Under the pieces are notes generated by a model that was not told the DNA's origin, ran no database searches, and saw nothing but the letters and a program-made list of their open reading frames with translations. The position numbers and the translations under genes are program-made. This document shows positions 10,074 through 20,061 of a stretch of 64,000 nt of DNA, in pieces. Location of the stretch: assembly GCA_041660865.1 (NCBI GenBank), contig JBAZVO010000005.1:62626-126625 (forward strand), read 5' to 3'. The first letter of the stretch is position 1; every line of letters begins with the position of its first letter. The stretch comes from Candidatus Woesearchaeota archaeon (lineage in GTDB: Archaea > Nanobdellota > Nanobdellia > Woesearchaeales > 21-14-0-10-32-9).

Positions 10074-10721
10074 TCATCCTATTATTTTATTTATTTCTTC
10101 TAAATCATCTTTAAAAACATGTGCTGAATTACTTATAGTTGATATATTGCCTCTTTCTATTTTGAGTTTTTCTGCAATAAATTTTTGTAAAGTATAAATT
10201 TGATATATATTTGCAGGCCATCCAAAAAATAAATCATTACTACGTATGTGGCAATTTAAACATAATTTGTTTTGTTTTATTCTAAATTGTATGTAAATTA
10301 TTCCTGGAGAATTTTTATTAGTAATATTAGAATCTTCTATCGGATCATAAAGCACAATTACTGCTCTTCTTGAAGAGGAGTCTTCTTTTAAAAGAGGAAT
10401 AATAAATGAATTTATTTGATCGAGTGTATCTCCAAATGAGAATATTCTTCTACCATAAGTATAATCATAAGTTGGTGCTTGATATTCTTTGAACATAATA
10501 TTTGAAAGTTCATCTTTAGATGGATAAATCCATTTTTTGCGTTCAATCATGCGTTCTATTGGTTCGCTTATTTTAGGTGTGCTCTCGGTTAATGTGAGAA
10601 CTAAATTATTTTCTTCAAGACATATTCTTCCATCGTTATCTTTGAATTCTTCACCTTGTTTTATGACTAATGTTAGTGCATTTTTCCAAAGGGCCATTAC
10701 GTCATCATTTATTAGTTCCAT
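10074..10721 (-). CDS. Thymidylate synthase (ThyA)-like protein lacking the catalytic cysteine
   Basis: It aligns by eye to the ThyA core: SSRRAVIVLYDP, SPGIIYIQF (ThyA has PCH here), IRSNDLFFGWPANI and SAHVF (ThyA THLY). Confidence 0.7.
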   Translation of the reverse strand: MELINDDVMALWKNALTLVIKQGEEFKDNDGRICLEENNLVLTLTESTPKISEPIERMIERKKWIYPSKDELSNIMFKEYQAPTYDYTYGRRIFSFGDTLDQINSFIIPLLKEDSSSRRAVIVLYDPIEDSNITNKNSPGIIYIQFRIKQNKLCLNCHIRSNDLFFGWPANIYQIYTLQKFIAEKLKIERGNISTISNSAHVFKDDLEEINKIIG

Positions 10722-10727
10722 TATTCA

Positions 10728-12374
10728 TCACAAAAAACTATTCAAAGTTAATTCTCCTTTTAATGATTCAAAGTCATATGAAAATAATTGCAAGTTAAAA
10801 GTATTTAGTAAAAAATTGAATTCTGAAATTATTTCTTCAGAGGTGAAAGTTTTATCTCTAAAGAATCTAACTCTATCTCCTCCATTAAATATTCTTGCGA
10901 GATCTTCTCTTTGTCTTATTTGATTTATAATTGTTTCAGTATAGAAATCATCTAAAGATTTAATTGAGATTTTTTTGTATGTTCTAGGACTCATGAATTC
11001 TTTATCAAAGCGTTCGAATGCACTTGATAGTACTACTTTGTATCGTATTGGTATTCCGCAGGATTTGAATATTGTTTCTTCGGCTTTGCAAAATTCATTT
11101 AATTCAGTCATTGTGCTCTCGAGTAGGTTTCGAAATCTTTCAAATTTTTGATTTTCATCTTGAAGATTTGTAAGATCGATAAAGTTACTTCCATAATTCC
11201 ATAATCTTATGTAATTGTAGGAAATTAGAAAAAATTTACTTGTATGATGTCCATTTAAATTATTTATTGTTTTAAATAAAATATCTGATTTTCGTCGTTG
11301 CATTGATGTTGCAAGAAGTGATGCTCGGGCACTTTTTAACAATAATTCTCTAAATTCAGAGTATGTGTGTTTTTCTTTGAAAAATTTATATACGTCGATA
11401 TATATGCTAGTATTAGAACAACATATTCCAATTGTTTTGTTTTTTATATTTTCTTGATATTGTGTCCAATCATCATCATTGAAGGTGTATGCGCCAGCTC
11501 TACCTAAAAGATAGGGTGCTTTGTGTATATCTTTATTTTGTATGTTAATTCTTAATTTGTGTTCGGAAAAGTTTTTAATTATTTGAGTTGCAAGTCTTGT
11601 TTGATTTGCGAGTGTTTTTGAATTTGTTTGAAATATTATTAAAATATTTAGTGGTTCAAGATTTGCATATGAACTTAAAAAATCTGTTAGTTTAATTGGA
11701 TTTTTTACTTGGGTTAAATCAATTATTAAATTTAAGTATTTATCATAATCTTTTGTATCTATGTCTATTTTTTTTAAAAAGTTAGTTAGTAATTCTAAAT
11801 CTTCTTTATCTATTATGGTTTGAAAATCATTTAGTGCAATAACATCATTGTATGTTGGATAAAGATTAGTTAGCAGTTCATATATTTTTTTTGTATCTTG
11901 TTGAGCGGGTGATTCTATGATATATGAATTGAGTTTTGTGAGCCAATTTTGTGAATCAAATTTTTTTACGATTTTTTCTGTTTCATATTGTTCAAGGCCT
12001 GATAAAAATGAGGCTTCTGTTTTTATTGTGGAGAAACTTTCAAGTAATCTTTTTGTTTTTTCTTCTTTATCTGTTTTTATTTGTTTATCTCCATTTAATA
12101 CGAAATATTTTTCACCTTTACCTTCAGATCTTGTGACTCTAATAAAATCTTCTTTTGCAAGGTTATTTAGATGATATAGTAGTTGTCTGTGAAGTCTTGC
12201 GTTGTTTCTTTTTCCATGTTTTATGAGCTCTTGATCTTTTTGAGAATTGTATAGATATTTTTTTATTTCTTCATATTTTTGAGAAAATATTTGTTTAACA
12301 AGATCTGATGTGGAAATTTCGCTTTCAGGTCTTGATGCGAGTATTTGAAGAATTTTTTGTTCTACTTCGTTCAT
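10728..12374 (-). CDS. Hypothetical 548-aa protein with a possible N-terminal winged-helix
   Basis: A long ORF 6 bp upstream of the TS-like gene. Beyond the wHTH-like N-terminus no enzymatic motif was recognised. Confidence 0.5.
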   Translation of the reverse strand: MNEVEQKILQILASRPESEISTSDLVKQIFSQKYEEIKKYLYNSQKDQELIKHGKRNNARLHRQLLYHLNNLAKEDFIRVTRSEGKGEKYFVLNGDKQIKTDKEEKTKRLLESFSTIKTEASFLSGLEQYETEKIVKKFDSQNWLTKLNSYIIESPAQQDTKKIYELLTNLYPTYNDVIALNDFQTIIDKEDLELLTNFLKKIDIDTKDYDKYLNLIIDLTQVKNPIKLTDFLSSYANLEPLNILIIFQTNSKTLANQTRLATQIIKNFSEHKLRINIQNKDIHKAPYLLGRAGAYTFNDDDWTQYQENIKNKTIGICCSNTSIYIDVYKFFKEKHTYSEFRELLLKSARASLLATSMQRRKSDILFKTINNLNGHHTSKFFLISYNYIRLWNYGSNFIDLTNLQDENQKFERFRNLLESTMTELNEFCKAEETIFKSCGIPIRYKVVLSSAFERFDKEFMSPRTYKKISIKSLDDFYTETIINQIRQREDLARIFNGGDRVRFFRDKTFTSEEIISEFNFLLNTFNLQLFSYDFESLKGELTLNSFL

Positions 12375-12785
12375 ACTTGTGTTTTTAGTATTTTCTTTAT
12401 ATAAATTTTCTGCAAATTTTGATGGTTTTTGATGGTTTTTGTGTTTTTTTCATATTTTTGTGTTTTTAAGTTTGTATTGTTGTGTCAAATCAGATTCTGA
12501 AAAGAGGTTTTGATTCAGAAAAGTTGGTTGTAAACTTGAATTAGTTTACTTTTTCGTATACTGGCTTTTGTTTATTTATGTTTAATTTTGTATTTAGAGT
12601 TTATTTGTTTCAGGGAAATTCCTGAACGAGTACATTTTGGGTCAGAAATAAGGTTTATATGATTTTGGAGATTTGCCTAGTTTATTGTTGATTACAGTTA
12701 ATGTTTTTTAAATTTCAATTGAATTGTTTGTTAAAAATTAAGAGGTGAGAAAATAACAAAGATGTGTTGAAACGGAGGAAAAAGT

Positions 12786-13250
12786 ATGTTAAAAGAAAAA
12801 GAAATGTTAATTTTGAGCCACTTTAGAACTGATGCGAGAATAAGTTTAACTAAACTTAGTAAAATTACTAAAGTTCCAGTTAGTACTATTTTTGATAAAA
12901 TTAAAGAGTATAAGAAATTAAATATAATAAGAAAATACACATCTTTAATTGATTTTAAAAAATTAGGTTATGAAATAAGAACTCAAATATTGCTCTCTGC
13001 GGGTAAAGATTCGAGGGAGTCATTACAAAAATTTTTGGTTCAACATCCAAGAGTTAATAATGTCTTTAGAATTAATAATGGGTTTGATTTTTTAATAGAA
13101 TCTTTGTTTAGAGATATGCAAGAGCTTGATGAATTTATGCGATCTTTAGAGGATTTTGGGCCTATGCAAAAAAAAGAGTTTTTTGTTATGGAAGATTTAA
13201 AACGAGAGGAGTTTTTAGGTAATGATATTGTGTTAGGGATAGTTAGATAA
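12786..13250 (+). CDS. Lrp/AsnC family transcriptional regulator
   Basis: HTH LILSHFRTDARISLTKLSKITKVPVSTIFDKIKEY plus a RAM-like C-terminal domain. Confidence 0.75.
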   Translation: MLKEKEMLILSHFRTDARISLTKLSKITKVPVSTIFDKIKEYKKLNIIRKYTSLIDFKKLGYEIRTQILLSAGKDSRESLQKFLVQHPRVNNVFRINNGFDFLIESLFRDMQELDEFMRSLEDFGPMQKKEFFVMEDLKREEFLGNDIVLGIVR

Positions 13251-13396
13251 TTTTTTTTTGTAGTATTTTTTTTGTATGTAAATTAGTTTACTTTTTTTAT
13301 TGTTACTTATTGATTTTTATTGATTTTTTTTAAAGCTAAATTTTTAGTTTAGACTTATTTAGTTTTAGTTATTTTTATTTATTTTTAAATGTAAAT

Positions 13397-14098
13397 TTAT
13401 AGAAAAAAAGTCGGTGTTTTTGTTGAGGGTTTTGTTTCACCTAATACTCGATCAATTCGTTTAATGTATCTTAAATCATTTTCAGTTAAATTGTTTGTTG
13501 CAATAAATTCTGGATTTATTAGACAATCTAAATGATAGGGTGCGCTTTTGAAAATAGTTATTTTTGTTTGTTGATCTAGAGAAGTTGCGCAATTATGACA
13601 AGGAGTATTAACATATTGCTTGCTTATTTTTTCATTTATTGCGTGCATGTAATCTCTAAATTCTCTATCTGACACGTCGGGCATATGTGGTTGTTCACTT
13701 TCGAGTATTTTAGTTAATGTTTCTAAATTAGAGGATGCTATTTTTTCAGTAGAGTCTGGTTGACCTACTCTAAAACTTATGTTTGATTTTGAAAAATATG
13801 GTTCTATGCTATAATTATTATTTGCAAGCGCGTCATGTATTTTTTTAAATTCTTTTTTTGCTTCTTCTTCTGTTTTGAATGGTGAGTTTACGGTTTCTAC
13901 TCGGTTAGAATGTGCTGAAGTTGATATTATTACAAAATAAGGATGTGTTGGAAACAAATCTCCCGGTCTTATGTATTCTTTTTTAGCAAGTTTTACAATT
14001 ATTTGAAGGTTTGAACTTTTATATGTAAATTCATCTATGATTGCTTTATCTGTTCCTCTATATATTTGAGGTATAAACATTTTACGTGTTGCATTCAT
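13397..14098 (-). CDS. Hypothetical protein
   Basis: An ORF of 233 aa. The CHNC...HLDC pattern may be a small zinc site. Confidence 0.4.
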   Translation of the reverse strand: MNATRKMFIPQIYRGTDKAIIDEFTYKSSNLQIIVKLAKKEYIRPGDLFPTHPYFVIISTSAHSNRVETVNSPFKTEEEAKKEFKKIHDALANNNYSIEPYFSKSNISFRVGQPDSTEKIASSNLETLTKILESEQPHMPDVSDREFRDYMHAINEKISKQYVNTPCHNCATSLDQQTKITIFKSAPYHLDCLINPEFIATNNLTENDLRYIKRIDRVLGETKPSTKTPTFFL

Positions 14099-14357
14099 TT
14101 TAGTTCTCTTTTATTAGAAATAAAGTTTAAGTTAAATACTTTTCTATTTTTCTTCACTCTTAAGGGAAAACAAATAAGTGGGTTGATGAATTTTATTTTA
14201 AGTAAATTTGAATTTTGTTAATTGCATGTGATACTTAAAAAAAGGAGATTAATATAGATAAGAATTTAATATTTAAAATAAGTTATAAAAAATAAACAAG
14301 AAATAAAAAAGCAAAAATAAAAAGAAAATAACTTTGATTAAATGTTGTTTTAATGAT

Positions 14358-14936
14358 TTATATTTTACCTACAAGATCAAGGCCTGGTTTTAAAGTTTTT
14401 CCGCCTGGTTTCCAATTTGCAGGACAAACTTCTCCATCGCTTTCTCGTACGAATTTTGATGCTTGAAGTTTTCTTAAAATTTCATCAGAACTTCGACCTA
14501 TGCTATTATCATGTATGTCCATTGCTTTTAGTACGCCGTCGGGGTCTATAATGAAACTTCCTCTTAATGAGAGTCCTTCGTCTTGAATGTATGTTCCGAA
14601 TTGTTTACATATTTTTCCAGTAGGATCTGCAAGCATAGGATATTTTACTTTGCCTATGGCTTTTGAACTATCGTGCCATGCTTTATGTACAAAAACAGTG
14701 TCTGTACTAACACTTAAAATTTCTGCATCTTCTTTTTTAAATTGATCATACATATTTGCTGCTTCTTCAAGTTCAGTTGGGCAAATAAATGTGAAATCTG
14801 CAGGATAGAATAATAATACTATCCATTTTCCTCTATAATCTGAGAGTTTTATTTTTTTTATTTTATTTTCATGATATGCGTCAGTGTAGAAATCATCTAC
14901 TGTTTCTCCTATTTGTACCATTTTATTTTCCTCCAA
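14358..14936 (-). CDS. Peroxiredoxin (AhpC/Prx family)
   Basis: FYPADFTFICPTEL peroxidatic Cys motif and a C-terminal EVCPANW. Confidence 0.9.
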   Translation of the reverse strand: MEENKMVQIGETVDDFYTDAYHENKIKKIKLSDYRGKWIVLLFYPADFTFICPTELEEAANMYDQFKKEDAEILSVSTDTVFVHKAWHDSSKAIGKVKYPMLADPTGKICKQFGTYIQDEGLSLRGSFIIDPDGVLKAMDIHDNSIGRSSDEILRKLQASKFVRESDGEVCPANWKPGGKTLKPGLDLVGKI

Positions 14937-15144
14937 TCTAACAATGAAAAAAAGAAGTATTGTTTTAAAAAGCTTGTGAATGATTTAAAAAATAATAATG
15001 TGTACTAGTTTTAAAAATAGGTTTAAAAATCATGTAAATGAAGATGAGTGTTATAAAATAAAGAAACACTTTTAAAATAAAGTATATTTTTATATTTATA
15101 TTAATACTTATATTTCCTAATTATAAATATGATGTTGGATTAAA

Positions 15145-16905
15145 ATGAAGCACAGAATAATGATTGTAAAAAAGGATAAATGTAATCCTGAAGGATGTGG
15201 AGGCTATCTTTGTATGAGAGTTAGCCCTAGTAATCGTGCAGGTAAAGAAGCAATTGTAAAAGATGTTGATGGTAAAGTAAAAGTTAATGAAAATGTTATA
15301 ACTGATGCTGATAGAATTGCTGCTAATAAATGTCCTTTTGAAGCATTAATGATGGTTAATCTTCCAGAGGCACTCAACCAAGAGCCATTGCATCGTTATC
15401 CTCCAAATGGTTTTGCATTATACAAACTTCCAATTCCTATATTTGGAAAAGTTGTAGGTATAATTGGAAGAAATGGAATTGGAAAATCAACCGCGATGAA
15501 AATTTTAGGTGGTCTTTTAAAACCTAATTTTGGAAATGCAGAAAAAGAAGCAACGCCTAAAGATTTAGTTCAACATTTTAAAGGAACAGAAGCTCAAATA
15601 TTTTTTGAAAAATTAAGTAAAGAAGAAGTTGTTGTATCATATAAACCGCAACATGTTGATATGATTCCAAAGCAAGTTTCAGGAACAGTAAGAGAACTTT
15701 TGAATAAAGCGGATCAAAAAGGCAAAATGGATGAAATCTCGAAGTTATTAGATTTAGATTTAGTTCTTGATAATAAAATAAGTGAAGTTTCAGGTGGAGA
15801 ACTTCAAAGAGTTGCAATTGCTGCGACTGTTTTAAAGAAAGCTAATTTGTATTTATTTGATGAACCAACGTCGTATCTTGATATAAAACAAAGAATAAAA
15901 GTTAGCAAATTTATTAAATCTTTAGCAGATGAAAATACTGCAGTTATGGTAATTGAACACGATTTAATAATTCTTGATTATATGACTGATTTAATTCATT
16001 TAATGTATGGAGAAGAAGGAGCATATGGTATTACTAGTCTTGCAAAGACGACAAAAGCAGGAATTAATACATATCTTGAAGGTTTTATTAAAGATGAAAA
16101 TATGCGATTTAGAGATTCGGCGATAAAATTTGAAAAAAATCCTGATATGAAAATGTATAAAGATGATTTGTTAACGGATTGGGAAGGTATGAGTTATTCT
16201 GTTGGTAATTTTTCTTTAACAATTAATCCTGGTGTAATTGAAAAACATGATGTTGTTGGAATTCTCGGAGAGAACGGAATTGGAAAAACTACTTTTGCAA
16301 AGATTATTGCAGGAGAACTTGATGTTGGAATAAATCTTCTTGAGAAGAAATTAAAAATTTCATATAAACCGCAGTACTTAAAACAATCTGATGATTTAGT
16401 GGCTGAGCATTTAAGGCATGCGTTAAAATATGAAATACAATTAATGAGACCTCTTAATTTAAAGAATTTATTAATGAAAAAAATGAATGAACTCTCAGGT
16501 GGAGAAATGCAAAGAGTTGCTATTGCTGAATGTTTGAGTGGTGATGCTGATTTATATTTATTAGACGAGCCTGCAGCATATTTAGATGTTGAACAAAGAC
16601 TTCATGTTTCAAAAGCAATAAAAGAGATGATGACTGAAAAAGGCAAAGCAGCATTAGTTATAGATCATGATTTATTATTTATTGATTATTTATCAAAAAA
16701 AATATTGGTATTTGATGGAGCTCCTGCAAGATTTGGAAAAACAGAAGGACCATATGCTATGGAAAAAGGTATGAATTCATTTTTGAAACATCTCGATATA
16801 ACTTTTAGACGAGATGAAGAGAGTGGTAGGCCTAGGGTTAATAAAGATGATAGTCAAAAAGATAAAGAACAAAAATCAACAGGTCAACTTTATTACACGA
16901 AGTGA
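15145..16905 (+). CDS. abce1: ABCE1/Rli1 ribosome-recycling ATPase with a reduced Fe-S domain
   Basis: Two ABC cassettes (GRNGIGKST/LSGGELQR/LFDEP and GENGIGKTT/LSGGEMQR/LLDEP). The N-terminal ferredoxin-like domain has only 4 of the 8 usual Cys. Confidence 0.9.
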   Translation: MKHRIMIVKKDKCNPEGCGGYLCMRVSPSNRAGKEAIVKDVDGKVKVNENVITDADRIAANKCPFEALMMVNLPEALNQEPLHRYPPNGFALYKLPIPIFGKVVGIIGRNGIGKSTAMKILGGLLKPNFGNAEKEATPKDLVQHFKGTEAQIFFEKLSKEEVVVSYKPQHVDMIPKQVSGTVRELLNKADQKGKMDEISKLLDLDLVLDNKISEVSGGELQRVAIAATVLKKANLYLFDEPTSYLDIKQRIKVSKFIKSLADENTAVMVIEHDLIILDYMTDLIHLMYGEEGAYGITSLAKTTKAGINTYLEGFIKDENMRFRDSAIKFEKNPDMKMYKDDLLTDWEGMSYSVGNFSLTINPGVIEKHDVVGILGENGIGKTTFAKIIAGELDVGINLLEKKLKISYKPQYLKQSDDLVAEHLRHALKYEIQLMRPLNLKNLLMKKMNELSGGEMQRVAIAECLSGDADLYLLDEPAAYLDVEQRLHVSKAIKEMMTEKGKAALVIDHDLLFIDYLSKKILVFDGAPARFGKTEGPYAMEKGMNSFLKHLDITFRRDEESGRPRVNKDDSQKDKEQKSTGQLYYTK

Positions 16906-16924
16906 ATTAAATTTATTGTGAAAT

Positions 16925-17584
16925 ATGAAAAAAAATAAATCTGAAAGAAAGTTTGAAAAAAAGCATTTAATAATATTTCCGAGAATCGTATTTTCTTTAT
17001 TTATTTTAATGATTGTATTTATTGTACCATTAATTTTCATATCTGGTAGCAAATCATTTTATCTTAATCGTTTAAATGAAAATAATTGTTATGATATGAT
17101 TAGCGAGAAGGATTGTAAGGATTTAGCATTAAATGCATTGAATTATTTGAAAGGAAAAGAAACTATTGATTCAAGATATAGTGTTCAAGAGCAAGGGCAT
17201 TTTACTGACGTAAAAAAAATACTTGATTTCGCAAAAGCATTTTCTTTATTGTTATTAATATTTGTAATGGTTTATTTTATTTTATTTTATTTTTTGGATA
17301 TAAAAGAAATATTTAACACATTAAAACTTGCAGGTTGGATGATTTTATCATCTGTGGTTTTGTTAATAGTTTTAATAACTATGAATTTTTCTGGAACGTT
17401 TTTATTTTTTCATGAGATGTTATTTCCTCAAGGAAATTGGACTTTTCCATTTGATAGTGTAATTATAACTGTGTTTTCAGAACAATTTTTTGTGCGCGCT
17501 GCATTAACATCATTTGTTTTATCTTTAAGTTTTGGTTTGTTAGTTTTAGGATTATCTTTTTTATGGTGTAAAAAAAATGAATAA
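16925..17584 (+). CDS. Integral membrane protein (possibly TIGR01906/DUF1461-like)
   Basis: Four or five predicted TM segments. The family assignment is tentative. Confidence 0.45.
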   Translation: MKKNKSERKFEKKHLIIFPRIVFSLFILMIVFIVPLIFISGSKSFYLNRLNENNCYDMISEKDCKDLALNALNYLKGKETIDSRYSVQEQGHFTDVKKILDFAKAFSLLLLIFVMVYFILFYFLDIKEIFNTLKLAGWMILSSVVLLIVLITMNFSGTFLFFHEMLFPQGNWTFPFDSVIITVFSEQFFVRAALTSFVLSLSFGLLVLGLSFLWCKKNE

Positions 17585-18104
17585 AAATATATTTGTTGAT
17601 GAAACTTTAGAAATATTAGATGTAGTTGATGAACATGATGTAGTTGTGGGTGAGATGAATCGTTGCGATATAAATAAAAAGTTATTATCTCATCGAATAG
17701 TTCACGTTTTAATTTTTGATAAAAATAAAAAATTACTTTTACAAAAAAGAAGTGCGAAAAAATCTTTTTGTCCTCGCAATTGGAGTACGTCAGTTGGAGG
17801 TCATGTGCAAAAAGGAGAAACTTATGAGCGTGCAGCGCTTAGAGAATTTGTTGAAGAATTAGGTTTCTCTAAACCCGTCGAGCTTTTATTCAAAACAAGA
17901 TTTGATGATCCTCGAGGATTTTTTATGTTTCTTGAAGTATTCAAAGCAACATATGAAGGTGAATTTAAACTCGATCCTGATGATGTTGAATCTGTTGAAT
18001 ATTTTTCAAGAGAAGAAATAAATAAGATGATTGAAACTGGAGAAAAATTTCATCCTGAATTAAAATTTATTTTAAAAGAATATGAAAAAGTAATATTTGA
18101 TTAA
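17577..18104 (+). CDS. NUDIX hydrolase
   Basis: Nudix box GGHVQKGETYERAALREFVEELG. Confidence 0.8.
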   Translation: MNKNIFVDETLEILDVVDEHDVVVGEMNRCDINKKLLSHRIVHVLIFDKNKKLLLQKRSAKKSFCPRNWSTSVGGHVQKGETYERAALREFVEELGFSKPVELLFKTRFDDPRGFFMFLEVFKATYEGEFKLDPDDVESVEYFSREEINKMIETGEKFHPELKFILKEYEKVIFD

Positions 18105-18200
18105 AACAGTTTATTTGATCAAATGTTTTATTAAATTCTTGATTTTTAAACGAGTAATTTAATGATTTAATTTTAATTTTTGAAATCGTTATTAATTTAT

Positions 18201-18971
18201 TCAATTTTTAATTTTTCTAACAAAACTTAAAAATGCTGTATGTCCAAAATCTTTTGTAACGGGGCGTAGAACTTTTTCTTTAACGCTCCATTCTCGCTCT
18301 ATTACTTCAATTGTTTGTTCATGTAAAAGATCATCTGTTAGAGAAATTATTGTTTGATGAATTTGATTTATGTTGGGTGCGTAAATTACAAGAAATCCTC
18401 CAACTTTAAGTGTTTTTGATGCGGTTGCAAGAGCATTCCAAGGTTCAGGAACATCGAGTGTGAATACGTCGTAGGTGTTTTCTTCAAAATTAGTCGAGTC
18501 ATAGATGTTTTTCGTTGAAATTGTAACATTATCAAGAGCTAATATTTTGATGTTTTTTCTCGCCATTTCAAGATGTGCTTCTTCAATGTCGAAAGAATCA
18601 ACTCTTTTTGCAATTTTTCCAAGAAACCCGCAAAGATGCCCGCTACCTGTTCCGGCATCTAAAATAATGCTTTCTTTATTAATTCCTGTGTATGTAATAA
18701 TAGGACCTATGTCTTTATGTGTTATTACTTGTGCTTTTCGTTTAAGGTTGCTAAACTCATCTGAAAAAGTAGCATCAAAAACAACTATTGAATCTTTTTC
18801 ACTCGTGAAAAATCCTCCTTTTTCGAGTTGTTCTTTTTTTGCAACGCCACCATTATAATGAAAATCTTTATTTTCAGTCACATAATATCTCTCTAAGTTA
18901 TTCAAAACTATGCGTCTGCCATTATCTTCAACAACTCTTGGGAGTCTTAATAGTACTTTTCTAAATGCCAT
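18201..18971 (-). CDS. trmI: tRNA (adenine-N1)-methyltransferase TrmI/Gcd14
   Basis: ILDAGTGSGHLCGFL and FTLDVPEPWNAL motifs. Confidence 0.8.
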   Translation of the reverse strand: MAFRKVLLRLPRVVEDNGRRIVLNNLERYYVTENKDFHYNGGVAKKEQLEKGGFFTSEKDSIVVFDATFSDEFSNLKRKAQVITHKDIGPIITYTGINKESIILDAGTGSGHLCGFLGKIAKRVDSFDIEEAHLEMARKNIKILALDNVTISTKNIYDSTNFEENTYDVFTLDVPEPWNALATASKTLKVGGFLVIYAPNINQIHQTIISLTDDLLHEQTIEVIEREWSVKEKVLRPVTKDFGHTAFLSFVRKIKN

Positions 18972-19042
18972 AATTGCAAGAAAGAGGCATGATTTTATAA
19001 AATTTTATAAATGGATTATGATTTCACGATTTATAGATAAAT

Positions 19043-19117
19043 GGGCCTGTAGCGCAGCCTGGATAGCGCGACAGCCTTCTAAGCTGTAGGTCGCGGGTTC
19101 GAATCCCGTCGGGCTCA
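19043..19117 (+). tRNA. tRNA-Arg (anticodon TCT)
   Basis: Cloverleaf folded by hand: acceptor GGGCCTG/CGGGCTC, anticodon arm ACAGC-CTTCTAA-GCTGT, T arm GCGGG-TTCGAAT-CCCGT. Confidence 0.9.
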
Positions 19118-19401
19118 TAGTATGGAACGGCGGTTTAAAACACGTATTTGTGTTTGCCGTCGGATTCATTTTTTTAATTCTTGTATTTTATGGTTTTTTT
19201 GAGAGAGTTTTATGTGTGCTGTATTGTGGCGTCTGGTTTTTTGTTTTTCATAGTCTTTGTTTTCATGGTTTTTTTTTGTTTTTTTTCCCTCTTTTCGTTT
19301 TTTTATTCTTTTTTTTTTGGGTTCGGTTTTTATTCTTTTATTTAGATGATTTGTATTTTTCTGCGATATATATTTAAAATAGAAATTTAACTAAACTATT
19401 T

Positions 19402-19830
19402 ATGTCAAAAGTAATAATTATTGCAGTAGGTAAATTAAAAGATAAATCTATTATTTTATTATTAGAGGAATATGTAAAAAGGTTAGGGCCTTATATTAAA
19501 CTTGAAATTAAAGAAATAAAAGATGAGGGAAAATTAAAAGAGTCAGAGAAAATATTAAATTTTATAGATGAAAATACATTTATTTTAGATGCTACTGGAA
19601 AAAATTATACGTCGGAAGAATTCTCAGAATTTTTAAAAAAGAATCAAGAAAAGGGAGATATCAAATTTATTATAGGTGGCCCTGAGGGATTTACGAATGA
19701 AGTTAGACAAAAATCAAAAGCTATTTCGTTATCTAAGATGACATTTACTCATGAAATGACAAGAATGCTTCTTTTAGAACAAATATATCGGGCAAAAATG
19801 ATAGAGAAAGGAAAACCTTACCATAAATGA
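19402..19830 (+). CDS. rlmH: SPOUT methyltransferase RlmH-like
   Basis: FIIGGPEGF...LSLSKMTFTHEMTRMLLLEQIYRA. Confidence 0.8.
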   Translation: MSKVIIIAVGKLKDKSIILLLEEYVKRLGPYIKLEIKEIKDEGKLKESEKILNFIDENTFILDATGKNYTSEEFSEFLKKNQEKGDIKFIIGGPEGFTNEVRQKSKAISLSKMTFTHEMTRMLLLEQIYRAKMIEKGKPYHK

Positions 19831-20061
19831 ATTTATAAATAAACTTTTAAAAAAATAAATGAAATGTAGTTCTAAAATGAGTTAATTTAGTGATATTGGC
19901 GGGTTTTGATATTACTTCAACTTAAATAGAAGCCTTCACAACGTATTTATAGTGGCAAGTCTTTACAGTAAATATAACAACTAAGAATCAATAGGTTTGT
20001 TATTTTAAAAAAATTCAATAAATATTGAAAGAATAAATATTAAAAAATATTATGACTTTAA

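Noticed and set aside
19150-19377. A 75-aa ORF after tRNA-Arg (FFxFF-rich).
   Set aside because: It translates a T-tract-rich intergenic or terminator region. It has no start context and an implausible composition.
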